Virus record (IMG/VR): IMGVR_UViG_3300021256_000062
Location: 94,918 to 158,917 of that record
Strand: one strand, 5' to 3'
Origin: a virus
Taxonomy: Duplodnaviria > Caudoviricetes
Length of the DNA stretch: 64,000 bases
The notes beneath the pieces were generated by a model. The model saw only the letters and a program-made list of their open reading frames with translations, had not been told where the DNA came from and made no database searches. The position numbers were made by a program, and so were the translations under genes. Position 1 is the stretch's first letter, and each line of letters opens with the position of its first letter. Positions 1 through 8,185 of the stretch are shown here, one piece after another.

Positions 1-1133
1 TCAATTTCATCTAATTCAGTTCCAGCTGTTGCAATTGCTTTTTGACCTGCATATTTAACTTTTCTATCTTGTCTAATTTTATTTAGAAGTTCTTTATTTG
101 TTTTATAATTATTACTTGAGAATTTGTATTCATCATTTACATAAACATCTCTTTTTGCAAATGCTTCTTCAACATCTTCTTCATCATATTTATATTGTTT
201 GTCATAATCTCTTTCCCAAACAACACCTTCATCATATTCATCAATTACATCTTCAGACTCAAAGTCACTCACTAATGCAAATTGCAATTGTCTATGTGTT
301 ACTGAAATTCCCCTATTCTTCTTAGCGTCTGCAATTGCTTCTTCTTTAGTTTCAAAGTATTCTTCAGTTCCATCATCATATTCTACAATATATTCATCTT
401 GCCAATCTTCTCCGGTAACTGCAAGGTCAATATCATTAATAACTCTTTCATTTTGAATTGTGATAGTAAATGTATTAGTGTCACATCCATATGGGTCTTT
501 TTCAACATCATTATAATCACCGCTGATTTCTCCTGTAAATGTTGAATGTGACCATCCACCACCTAATCCACAATCAAATTCAAACTCATTATAATATTTA
601 ACTATTTGTTCAGGACTTTCTCCTTTAAATTCACTTTCCCAATAAGTAAAATTTAATTCAATTGTAGCTGGGATTGCAGCACCATCTACTATATCTCTTC
701 CATAATAATAAGAACTAGCACTTACATTTTCAATATCACAATTTGCAGTGGCAGTTACTGTAATTTCATTTTCTCCATATTTATTTGTTTCTGATTTAGT
801 ATCTAATATTTTAATATCTCTTAAACTAGAAACTGAACCTTTAACACTATATCCTGCACCAGGACCTTCTCTTAATGGTTTTTTACTTTCCACTAATTTA
901 CCACCACATACTGTATTACAAATAGATTCAACTAATTTGTTTATTTCATTTGATTTATTAATCATTACTTTAATTGTATCTCTATTTAATTTAGATGTCC
1001 AACTTTTATCATCATCACATGCATTTAATGATTCTACAATTGCATCAACTTTATCATTAATATTTAATGAGTATTTAACTTCTTTTAAACTTTCAGTTAA
1101 TTTTGATTTTAGTAAATTCTTATTTGATATCAT
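1..1133 (-). CDS. Acidic putative internal head protein, partial (runs off window start)
   Basis: Reading frame from ATG at 1133 (AGGAG RBS), MISNKNLLKSKLTESLKE...; read by eye at both ends; repeated LTES/IVES/LVES motifs; absent from the ORF track because it has no stop in the window. Confidence 0.7.
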   Translation of the reverse strand, partial: MISNKNLLKSKLTESLKEVKYSLNINDKVDAIVESLNACDDDKSWTSKLNRDTIKVMINKSNEINKLVESICNTVCGGKLVESKKPLREGPGAGYSVKGSVSSLRDIKILDTKSETNKYGENEITVTATANCDIENVSASSYYYGRDIVDGAAIPATIELNFTYWESEFKGESPEQIVKYYNEFEFDCGLGGGWSHSTFTGEISGDYNDVEKDPYGCDTNTFTITIQNERVINDIDLAVTGEDWQDEYIVEYDDGTEEYFETKEEAIADAKKNRGISVTHRQLQFALVSDFESEDVIDEYDEGVVWERDYDKQYKYDEEDVEEAFAKRDVYVNDEYKFSSNNYKTNKELLNKIRQDRKVKYAGQKAIATAGTELDEI

Positions 1134-1149
1134 TTTCTTTTTCTCCTTA

Positions 1150-1857
1150 TTAATCGTAAACATATGTTAATTGAGAATTAATTCTCAATGTCTCTCTTAA
1201 ATTATCTAAATCAGTTTGTCCTTCTTCAAGAAGTTGTTCACCGTCATTCTCCCAAAGTGAATTTGCAAGTTTATATCTAGTTCTAACTCTACCTACATAT
1301 AATTTTGTTAATGCAATACAATATCTAACTAGTATATCAATCCAATAATCACTTTTAACATCATCAACATCTAATAATTTAGGTACACATTCAAGTGTAA
1401 TATACACTGGATTATCTAATGTATTAATGTATATTTTCTTTTCTGAACTATCCCATACAAATGCTAAGTCAGTTGATATAGTATTTCTTATTTGTAATTT
1501 TGTGTTCCAAGCACCAAATCTCTCGGTAAAATCATTCAAGTTATATAAGTTATATCCATTACTGAATAGAAGAAATGCTGAAGCATAAAATGGGTCTAAA
1601 GCACCACCTCTATATGCATCTCCATCTCCATAACTTGAAGTTCTAAATACTCTAGATACTGAACTGATATTACTATCTTTTAAATCTATACATTTAGAGT
1701 ATGGCACTGTAATAAATTTAGTGGAGTCTATATATCTTTGAAGTTCTCTCAATGCTTTATCAATTATTTGATTTAATGTTTTATCATCTAACTCCAATTC
1801 TAAAATGTTAGCAGTTAGTTCTAATCTAATTTCGGAAATTATTTCTTCTCTTGTCAT
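1150..1857 (-). CDS. Neck / head-completion protein (T4 gp13-like)
   Basis: N-term EIRLEL..ILELELDDKTLNQIIDKAL and C-term YCIALTK..GR.R...DGEQLLEEG..DLDNLRETL resemble gp13; preceded by late-type motif. Confidence 0.7.
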   Translation of the reverse strand: MTREEIISEIRLELTANILELELDDKTLNQIIDKALRELQRYIDSTKFITVPYSKCIDLKDSNISSVSRVFRTSSYGDGDAYRGGALDPFYASAFLLFSNGYNLYNLNDFTERFGAWNTKLQIRNTISTDLAFVWDSSEKKIYINTLDNPVYITLECVPKLLDVDDVKSDYWIDILVRYCIALTKLYVGRVRTRYKLANSLWENDGEQLLEEGQTDLDNLRETLRINSQLTYVYD

Positions 1858-1894
1858 TTTGCATATAACTCCTTTACATCAAATTATATCTATA

Positions 1895-1904
1895 TAATTT
1901 AGCT
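1895..1904 (-). promoter_or_regulatory. Putative late promoter motif AGCTAAATTA (also 20390, 30577, 47865, 48435, 57825)
   Basis: Identical 10-mer in six intergenic regions upstream of virion/lysis-type genes. Confidence 0.65.
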
Positions 1905-2004
1905 CACTTATTTTTATAAACTTTAAAATATTGATAATCAGTAGTTTCCTACATACTATTATACAATTTTTTAATTATAAAATGACAAAAAAGACTAATA
2001 TAAA

Positions 2005-2232
2005 TTAGTCTTTACCTAGTACCCTATGAGTACCTTTAAATACATTACCTATTTGTTCACATTGTAGTGTAATTACATCATCACTAATAGTATGTTCTTT
2101 AAATAATTTAAATTCATTAAATCTATCAGATAATGATATCTTAATTTCAGTTAAATCGCATCCATCAAATTCAGCAACTAAATCATTAACTAAATTTTGT
2201 AAATCTTGTAAATTATTAATCAATACTACCAC
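2005..2232 (-). CDS. Hypothetical protein
   Basis: 75 aa ORF overlapping the upstream gene end; codon style matches neighbours. Confidence 0.55.
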   Translation of the reverse strand: MVVLINNLQDLQNLVNDLVAEFDGCDLTEIKISLSDRFNEFKLFKEHTISDDVITLQCEQIGNVFKGTHRVLGKD

Positions 2233-2830
2233 CCCTATTTAATTTCTTTTCAGTTGCTTTATCAATAGTTATTCTATGAATATCTTCTACTGATTTAAAG
2301 TATCCATTCTTGAATAATGATAATAAATTTATTGGAGTATAGTTAATATGTTCTGCACATACATTTAAATGATTTTCTCCAACAAACCAATTTGAATGGT
2401 CGTGTCCATGTATATTGAATATACAATTAGGTAAATTCAATGGTTCATGTGATAACATTACCTTTTCACTAATCATTAATGGTCCTTCATATATTTCATC
2501 AAATAAATGATTATCATAATTTTCATTAATTTCTCTTTTATATTTTGAACTACCTACATCATGATTACCTTTAATCAATACCTTATAACTAGCTCTTAAT
2601 TTAGATACAAAAGATATATCTCCAACATCTCCTAAACAAATTAATGTTGATTTTTTACCACATACTGAATTAATTCTTTTAATTTGTTCTTCATCAGATA
2701 TATAATTCTTTCTTATATATTTCATATCTGGGTCATTAAAATGTGGGTCTGAAATTATATAAACATCATTAGAATTATTAAACCATTTATCAAAACAATG
2801 ATATAAAAATTTATTCTCCATTAAAATCAC
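2216..2830 (-). CDS. Calcineurin-like metallophosphoesterase
   Basis: SDPH, LGD, GNHD, SHEP, HGHDH motifs. Confidence 0.85.
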   Translation of the reverse strand: MILMENKFLYHCFDKWFNNSNDVYIISDPHFNDPDMKYIRKNYISDEEQIKRINSVCGKKSTLICLGDVGDISFVSKLRASYKVLIKGNHDVGSSKYKREINENYDNHLFDEIYEGPLMISEKVMLSHEPLNLPNCIFNIHGHDHSNWFVGENHLNVCAEHINYTPINLLSLFKNGYFKSVEDIHRITIDKATEKKLNRGGSID

Positions 2831-2848
2831 CCTTTCATTATAAGTAAC

Positions 2849-2948
2849 AAGACAGTGTTCTTTGCTTGGGATTTGAACCCAAAATTGATTTCTTGGAAGG
2901 AAATTGACTTACCGTTTGTCTAGCATTTAGAATTGCTGTAACTGTCTT
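2849..2948 (-). ncRNA. Clamp RNA 1 enclosing a mini tRNA-Gly(TCC)-like cloverleaf
   Basis: AAGACAGT-TACAGCAA ... ACTGTCTT; interior D arm GAC-AAACGGTAA-GTC, anticodon arm ATTTC-CTTCCAA-GAAAT, T arm TTGGG-TTCAAAT-CCCAA; no full acceptor or CCA. Confidence 0.75.
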
Positions 2949-2958
2949 TAATTTTATT

Positions 2959-3032
2959 TGGCAGGGGCGGAGAGATTCGAACTCCCGTTGATGGTGTTGG
3001 AGACCATAGTCCTACCACTGAACGACACCCCT
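2959..3032 (-). tRNA. tRNA-Trp(CCA)
   Basis: Cloverleaf, ATGGT-CTCCAAC-ACCAT, encoded CCA. Confidence 0.95.
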
Positions 3033-3033
3033 A

Positions 3034-3413
3034 TGGTGGAGATGAGGGGAATTGAACCCCTGTATTGAAATCAGTCCATTTGACTTTCTACATATTATCT
3101 TATTTATGTCCTCGTACAAATTACATCATCAGTAAATAAGCAAATTAGAAATGTAATTCAATTAGTTTCTATGGTCATTTCGATTTCCTTTCGACTACTA
3201 ATAAATGCAAAGTTCATCTACCCCTATATCGATTAACTACTAATTAGTATAGGTATCCTAATTTTCGTTTCCTAATTTATCTAATTAGGCAAATGCATAT
3301 GCTCTAGGAGCATTGTTTAAAGTTGCGGTTATTTAAACCTCGACGTTGATAACCCAGTCTACTGGATATGCTTATCATCTTTCATAACTCCAAGCGAATC
3401 CATAAACATCCCC
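3034..3413 (-). ncRNA. ssrA: tmRNA; tag peptide ATLNNAPRAYAFA* (3285-3326)
   Basis: 5' GGGGATG..GGATTCG, 3' GGGGTTCAATTCCCCTCATCTCCACCA with G3-U70; resume context AATAACC-GCA. Confidence 0.93.
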
Positions 3414-3426
3414 ATATTTAATTTAT

Positions 3427-3501
3427 TGGCGGGTCCTGAGAGATTCGAACTCCCCTATGGCAGCTTAACAGGCTGCTGCCCAACCACTAGGCCAAGGACC
3501 C
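3427..3501 (-). tRNA. tRNA-Asn(GTT)
   Basis: GCAGC-CTGTTAA-GCTGC, CCA. Confidence 0.95.
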
Positions 3502-3918
3502 TTTTAATATATTATCAATTAAATAATCTTTTTCATACTTAATATTTGATTTTTGACCATTTTTTGGGTTATCATATCTAATATTAAGTCCACTTGTAGG
3601 TGCATCATCAATACTGATTAATAAAATAACATCTCTTGTTACATTATAACAAGCGAAATAATCAATTTCAGTAGCATTATAAATATGTCTAACACCTTTT
3701 GTACAATGAAGAGTTGATGATACTAAACTAAATTTCATAACTCCATTCTCAGCTTTAACTGATGTTTTAACTTGGATTTTATTTAATTTACCATTAAATT
3801 CTGCAATTAAGTCAGCCTTTTCATTATCACCGAAAGGTACATAAACAGGTATACCTAACTCCACAAATTTACATAATACTTTAGCCTCTCCAATATTCCC
3901 TATTGACTTACTATTCAT
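3487..3918 (-). CDS. PD-(D/E)XK endonuclease (free-standing homing-endonuclease type)
   Basis: GNIGE..., PFGDNEKADLI, KIQVKT, IDYFACY; probable start ATG 3918 after AGGAG; stop lies inside the tRNA-Asn 5' end. Confidence 0.85.
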   Translation of the reverse strand: MNSKSIGNIGEAKVLCKFVELGIPVYVPFGDNEKADLIAEFNGKLNKIQVKTSVKAENGVMKFSLVSSTLHCTKGVRHIYNATEIDYFACYNVTRDVILLISIDDAPTSGLNIRYDNPKNGQKSNIKYEKDYLIDNILKGSLA

Positions 3919-3938
3919 AATGTTACTCCTAATTATAA

Positions 3939-4015
3939 TGGTTCCACCTAGCGGACTCGAACCGCTCATCTACCGCGTGAAAGGCGGGTGTCTTAACCAA
4001 CTCGACTAAGGTGGA
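3939..4015 (-). tRNA. tRNA-Glu(TTC)
   Basis: CCGC-CTTTCAC-GCGG, CCA. Confidence 0.93.
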
Positions 4016-4053
4016 ATATACTGATTATCTTTTACAATAATCAAAAATATTAA

Positions 4054-4129
4054 TGGTGGACAGGCTTGGAATCGAACCAAGATATCTAGTTCTTCAGACT
4101 AGCGCACAGACCACATATGCCATCTGTCC
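4054..4129 (-). tRNA. tRNA-Phe(GAA)
   Basis: CTAGT-CTGAAGA-ACTAG, CCA. Confidence 0.9.
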
Positions 4130-4130
4130 A

Positions 4131-4207
4131 TGGTCTCCTAAATTGGATTTGAACCAATACTTTGTAAGGTTTGAGCTTACTACCTCTTCCAATTGGGTTA
4201 TTAGGAG
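4131..4207 (-). tRNA. tRNA-Leu(CAA), short variable arm
   Basis: GTAAG-CTCAAAC-CTTAC, CCA. Confidence 0.9.
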
Positions 4208-4213
4208 TTGTAA

Positions 4214-4289
4214 TGGAGGTCTCTCTCGGATTTGAACCGAGGTTCATGGTGTTGCAGACCATTGCCTTAATCCACTTGGCTAAGAGACC
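4214..4289 (-). tRNA. tRNA-Cys(GCA)
   Basis: ATGGT-CTGCAAC-ACCAT, U73, CCA. Confidence 0.93.
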
Positions 4290-4294
4290 TATAT

Positions 4295-4371
4295 TGGTGG
4301 ACCCTACAGGACTTGAACCTGTGACAACTCGGTTATGAGCCGAGAGTTCTAACCAACTGAACTAAAGGTCC
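4295..4371 (-). tRNA. tRNA-Ile2/Met(CAT), Ile2-like body
   Basis: GGACCTTTAGTTCAGTTGGTTAGA start typical of Bacillota Ile2; CTCGG-CTCATAA-CCGAG. Confidence 0.88.
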
Positions 4372-4377
4372 ATTTAC

Positions 4378-4446
4378 TAGATACATATTATAATCGGACA
4401 AATTTTCAGTTCGTAGATTTTAATAGTAATTTGCTGTTAGTATCTA
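4378..4446 (-). ncRNA. Clamp RNA 2 displaying a Phe(GAA) anticodon stem-loop
   Basis: TAGATAC-TAACAGCAA ... GTATCTA; apical ACGAA-CTGAAAA-TTTGT. Confidence 0.7.
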
Positions 4447-4511
4447 AATGTTCCTAATATTCTTTTAATGATGTATGATAGATTGCAACACAATTGATGA
4501 TTTATTTTTGC

Positions 4512-4636
4512 AAGTCACTTTCTCTATCAATTACTGATACACAATCCTTCATCATACATCCTGCATATTTTTAAATAATTTTCTTCATTGTAGTTGTTCT
4601 TTTAAATATTTATAAATTATTTGCAGTTCGTGACTT
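4512..4636 (-). ncRNA. Clamp RNA 3 (AT-rich interior, no tRNA mimic seen)
   Basis: AAGTCAC-GAACTGCAA ... GTGACTT-G. Confidence 0.55.
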
Positions 4637-4686
4637 AATGTGATTTTGTTTAAAATTGTTCACCAACAACTTTTCATTATTAAATA

Positions 4687-4762
4687 TGGTGAGTCCGACG
4701 AGGTTCGAACTCGTGACCCCATGATTAAAAGTCATGTGCTCTACCAGCTGAGCTACGGACTC
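4687..4762 (-). tRNA. tRNA-Lys(TTT)
   Basis: CATGA-CTTTTAA-TCATG, CCA. Confidence 0.95.
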
Positions 4763-4766
4763 ATCT

Positions 4767-4843
4767 TGGCACACCGTAAGAGATTCGAACTCCTAACTTA
4801 TCGCTTAGAAGGCGATTACTCTAATCCGTTGAGTTAACGGTGT
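4767..4843 (-). tRNA. tRNA-Arg(TCT)
   Basis: ATCGC-CTTCTAA-GCGAT, CCA. Confidence 0.95.
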
Positions 4844-4854
4844 ATTCACATATT

Positions 4855-4883
4855 ATTATACAACATATTTATTTAATTGTCAA
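4855..4883 (-). promoter_or_regulatory. sigmaA-type promoter
   Basis: TTGACA-17-TATAAT. Confidence 0.85.
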
Positions 4884-4921
4884 GTAGGACTAATTTAATA
4901 GCCCTACTTTTATTATTACAA

Positions 4922-6145
4922 TTAAATTAAATAGTGAATATTCTTTCCATAACTTCTCTTAAATACTAAATATTTTATTCCTTTAGAGATTAGAATATTA
5001 TTCTTACATCTATTGTAATTATCCTTATAAGTTGTTACAGCATTCTTATATTCATCTTCATTCTCAAAATCACATCTATCTGGTTGATAGATTGATTCTT
5101 TACGTAATTCACTTGAAACCAATTCATCATAGTCTATATGTAAATCATTAGAATTAATGATATTTAACATCAACTTTGTGTCAAACTGAATATCTTGTGT
5201 ATTAAATCTTATATAGTAACCATCGTAATCATAACAAGCATCTTGTTCACTAAATATATCTAGTCTTAATTTTGAAGTTGTTGTTTGTGTACCATCATTT
5301 AATATTGCATAAACATTGTAATAAACAGGTTCAATATTCACAATATTTAAATCTTTAATGGCTTCTTCAAATGGTATTCCTTGAGATAATTCAAATGATA
5401 TTGCTCTTAAACAATCATAGTTTATATCAACTTTATTTGCGAAATTAATTACTTTAGATATTTCACCATAATATTTAGGTTCTAATTTATCTTCCATATA
5501 TTCTCTAATTTCATCAGCTGTAGGATAATCAAATCTAAAATGATAATGAAATCTACCAGGTCTATTGATTAAGAAATCATTTAAACCATTTAAATCATTA
5601 CATGTTACTACAAATAATTTCTTACTATTTGCAAGACCATCAAATAAAGTTAATAATGTAGTTTGGGAACTTGATGATGAGCCATCTCTATCTTCATCTG
5701 TAAATTTCAAATTACCTCTACCACTTTGAGCTTGTGCAAAAGTTTTATCAAATTCATCAAATAAAACTACACACTCTTGTTCAATTTCAGTTAGGTAATC
5801 AGCTATACCTGGGATATACTTATTAACAACTATAACAGGTAAGTTTTCCTCTAAAGATTTTTTTGCAATTAATTTTGCACAAATTGATTTTCCTATTCCC
5901 TTATCTCCTGATAAAATAACACCAAGATTTCTGTTCATAAGTTTATAGGCATTTAATACCTTATTTACTTTAGATAAATGTGGACCATAAATCTTTTCAT
6001 TAACATCAATCATTGGATAAAGTTGTAAGAAAAATCCAGATAATGGAGAGAATTCTACAGTATAACACTTATTAGGTAATACATCATAAGTTCTCAAATC
6101 ATCATCATAAATTCTGTAAATATTTCCTGTATTTACAATTTTCAA
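4922..6145 (-). CDS. AAA+ ATPase
   Basis: Walker A GDKGIGKS, Walker B VLFDEFDK, TCN, RPGRF. Confidence 0.9.
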   Translation of the reverse strand: MKIVNTGNIYRIYDDDLRTYDVLPNKCYTVEFSPLSGFFLQLYPMIDVNEKIYGPHLSKVNKVLNAYKLMNRNLGVILSGDKGIGKSICAKLIAKKSLEENLPVIVVNKYIPGIADYLTEIEQECVVLFDEFDKTFAQAQSGRGNLKFTDEDRDGSSSSSQTTLLTLFDGLANSKKLFVVTCNDLNGLNDFLINRPGRFHYHFRFDYPTADEIREYMEDKLEPKYYGEISKVINFANKVDINYDCLRAISFELSQGIPFEEAIKDLNIVNIEPVYYNVYAILNDGTQTTTSKLRLDIFSEQDACYDYDGYYIRFNTQDIQFDTKLMLNIINSNDLHIDYDELVSSELRKESIYQPDRCDFENEDEYKNAVTTYKDNYNRCKNNILISKGIKYLVFKRSYGKNIHYLI

Positions 6146-6168
6146 TTAAATCACCCTTTCATTTTTTA

Positions 6169-6245
6169 TGGTGCCATCTCTGGGATTCGAACCCAGACTT
6201 AAGGGCTTTTAAGACCCTTGCCTCTGCCAATTGGGCTAAGGTGGC
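6169..6245 (-). tRNA. tRNA-Leu(TAA), short variable arm
   Basis: AGGGT-CTTAAAA-GCCCT, CCA. Confidence 0.92.
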
Positions 6246-6251
6246 ATTTAT

Positions 6252-6328
6252 TGGTTCGCCAAAGTGGATTTGAACCACTGACCTCTCGATTATCGGTCGA
6301 GTGCTCTAACCAACTGAGCTACTGGCGA
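6252..6328 (-). tRNA. tRNA-Ile(GAT) (C at position 33)
   Basis: CTCGA-CCGATAA-TCGAG, CCA. Confidence 0.9.
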
Positions 6329-6331
6329 ATA

Positions 6332-6460
6332 TGGTACCCACAAAAGGACTTGCACCTAATACTGTATTGCGTTCATCTCGGTGGCCATCTCCAAGATTCA
6401 TCCTCATCTCCTTATTTCAGTTTGCAACCATCCATAAATCAATGTGACTATAACGTGAGC
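6332..6460 (-). ncRNA. Oversized tRNA-like RNA (acceptor, T arm and CCA around a long non-tRNA interior)
   Basis: GCTCACG/TGTGGGT-A-CCA; T-like arm AGG-TGCAAGT-CCT. Confidence 0.45.
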
Positions 6461-6474
6461 ATATATAAGTTTAA

Positions 6475-6564
6475 TGGCGGTGCGTGTAGGATTTGAACCT
6501 ACGGGTGGAGAACCACCGCCGGTTTTCAAGACCGGTGCAATAAACCAGACTCTGCCAACGCACC
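6475..6564 (-). tRNA. tRNA-Ser(TGA)
   Basis: CCGGT-CTTGAAA-ACCGG, long variable arm, G73, CCA. Confidence 0.95.
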
Positions 6565-6571
6565 ATCTATT

Positions 6572-6647
6572 TGGCGACCCCAGTGAGACTTGAACTCACG
6601 ACACCGGCGTGACAGGCCAGCATTATAACCAGCTTAACTATGAGGCC
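6572..6647 (-). tRNA. tRNA-Asp(GTC)
   Basis: CTGGC-CTGTCAC-GCCGG, CCA. Confidence 0.93.
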
Positions 6648-6703
6648 AAAAATAACTTGGTATCTTCCTAACCATGGCTTGTGTAGATACCAGAACCGTA
6701 ACC

Positions 6704-6812
6704 TGGTGGATGAAGACAAGAATTTCACTTGCAAAGACCTTTAATTAACTAGTATACTGTATCAGTCACCATTGTTACAGAATGGCTACTTTTTATAATT
6801 GTATATTCATCC
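6704..6812 (-). ncRNA. Oversized tRNA-like RNA with Tyr(GTA)-type anticodon hairpin
   Basis: GGATGAA/TTCATCC-A-CCA; CCATT-CTGTAAC-AATGG; T-like GCAAG-TGAAATT-CTTGT; no canonical D arm. Confidence 0.5.
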
Positions 6813-6833
6813 ATTTACTAAATATTAAATTAA

Positions 6834-6910
6834 TGGTCGGAGTAGCAGGATTCGAACCTGCGACGTCTAGTTCCCAAAACTAGTGACCTAACCAGCTGGC
6901 CTATACCCCG
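6834..6910 (-). tRNA. tRNA-Pro(TGG)
   Basis: CTAGT-TTTGGGA-ACTAG, CCA. Confidence 0.95.
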
Positions 6911-7119
6911 ATATTATAAAGATTTCCCTGTTTTATATCTCTATCAATCCCAATGACTCATACTACATTTTCCGAAATTTTATAAACACTCTCATCTAAA
7001 CTACTACCAATGCTTAATGGTTCAGTTGTAACGTACTCTCAACGTTATATTACCAACTATATCTGTCTTTATCTTTTTCAACCCATATTTTACAGCCAGG
7101 ACTATAGCTATTTAATTAT

Positions 7120-7205
7120 TGGTGGTTGGGGTAGGATTCGAACCTACGTACCGATTAAGGAACAGATTTACAGTCTGTCGCGTTTAACCACTTCGCTACC
7201 CAACC
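7120..7205 (-). tRNA. tRNA-Tyr(GTA)
   Basis: ACAGA-CTGTAAA-TCTGT, variable arm, CCA. Confidence 0.95.
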
Positions 7206-7218
7206 ATATTATTTATTT

Positions 7219-7295
7219 TGGTGTGATGTGGGAGATTTGAACTCCCGACCCCTTGAGCCACAATCAAGTGTTCTACCAACTGAACTAACACCACC
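7219..7295 (-). tRNA. tRNA-His(GTG) with A73
   Basis: CTTGA-TTGTGGC-TCAAG; G-1 encoded; ACATCAC-A-CCA. Confidence 0.93.
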
Positions 7296-7300
7296 ATGTA

Positions 7301-7376
7301 TGGTGCAGTATACAGGACTTGAACCTATAACCTTTAGTTTGTAAGACTAACACTCTCCCAATTGAGTTAATACTGC
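7301..7376 (-). tRNA. tRNA-Val(TAC)
   Basis: TTAGT-CTTACAA-ACTAA, CCA. Confidence 0.93.
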
Positions 7377-7380
7377 ATAT

Positions 7381-7455
7381 TGGCAGGACCGGAAGGAATC
7401 GAACCTTCATAATTCGGGTCAAAGCCGAATGCACTAACCGTTGTGCTACAGTCCT
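7381..7455 (-). tRNA. tRNA-Gln(TTG)
   Basis: TTCGG-CTTTGAC-CCGAA, CCA. Confidence 0.93.
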
Positions 7456-7462
7456 ATAACTA

Positions 7463-7553
7463 TGGCGGTTGCTGAGGGACTTGAACCCCCGCGGGCTTTC
7501 ACACCCCTATCGCGTTAGCAATGCGACCTCTTCACCAACTTGAGTAAGCAACC
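7463..7553 (-). tRNA. tRNA-Ser(GCT)
   Basis: TCGCA-TTGCTAA-CGCGA, long variable arm, CCA. Confidence 0.92.
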
Positions 7554-7562
7554 ATCAAATAT

Positions 7563-7591
7563 ATTATACAATTATTTGTTTTAAATGTCAA
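7563..7591 (-). promoter_or_regulatory. sigmaA-type promoter
   Basis: TTGACA-17-TATAAT. Confidence 0.85.
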
Positions 7592-7612
7592 CTTTTTTAT
7601 ATTATTTTTTTT

Positions 7613-7688
7613 TGGCACATCCAGATGGATTCGAACCATCAATACCAGGTTCGTAGCCTGGTGGTTTAATCCATTAGCCTATGGATGT
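7613..7688 (-). tRNA. tRNA-Arg(ACG)
   Basis: CCAGG-CTACGAA-CCTGG, CCA. Confidence 0.93.
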
Positions 7689-7692
7689 ATAG

Positions 7693-7767
7693 TGGTACCA
7701 CCTACCAGACTTGAACTGATATTATTCGGGTATGAACCGAACTTCCTAACCATTGAAAGAAAGTGGC
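7693..7767 (-). tRNA. tRNA-Met(CAT), elongator-like
   Basis: TTCGG-TTCATAC-CCGAA, CCA. Confidence 0.8.
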
Positions 7768-7824
7768 ATAAAAAATATCAGTTTTCTTTTTAATTAGTCC
7801 TCTAAAACTGATAAAACCTGAACT

Positions 7825-7901
<77 letters not shown>

Positions 7902-7909
7902 ATATAAGT

Positions 7910-7987
7910 AATCAAACTCAATTGTGGAGGTGATTTAAGGTGAATGTTTTTTGGAGGAAAAAAATATTATTTCAATTGAGTTTGATT
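7910..7987 (-). ncRNA. Hairpin RNA with anti-Shine-Dalgarno-like loop
   Basis: 15 bp inverted repeat AATCAAACTCAATTG/CAATTGAGTTTGATT; loop has TTCCTCC, TTCACCTT, ATCACCTCC. Confidence 0.5.
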
Positions 7988-8062
7988 TGGAGCGGATGAT
8001 GGGAATCGAACCCACATATCCAGCTTGGAAGGCTGGAGTTCTAACCATTGAACTACATCCGC
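7988..8062 (-). tRNA. tRNA-Gly(TCC)
   Basis: CCAGC-CTTCCAA-GCTGG, U73, CCA. Confidence 0.95.
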
Positions 8063-8101
8063 ATTTGAAGGTTTCAAGTCTTATTATACCTACAACTTAT
8101 T

Positions 8102-8178
8102 TGGTGGGGATGGAGGGAGTCGAACCCACACTGTCTAGTTTCTAAAACTAGTTCCTCTGCCAATTGGGATACATCCCC
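8102..8178 (-). tRNA. tRNA-Leu(TAG), short variable arm
   Basis: CTAGT-TTTAGAA-ACTAG, CCA. Confidence 0.92.
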
Positions 8179-8185
8179 AAAATAC

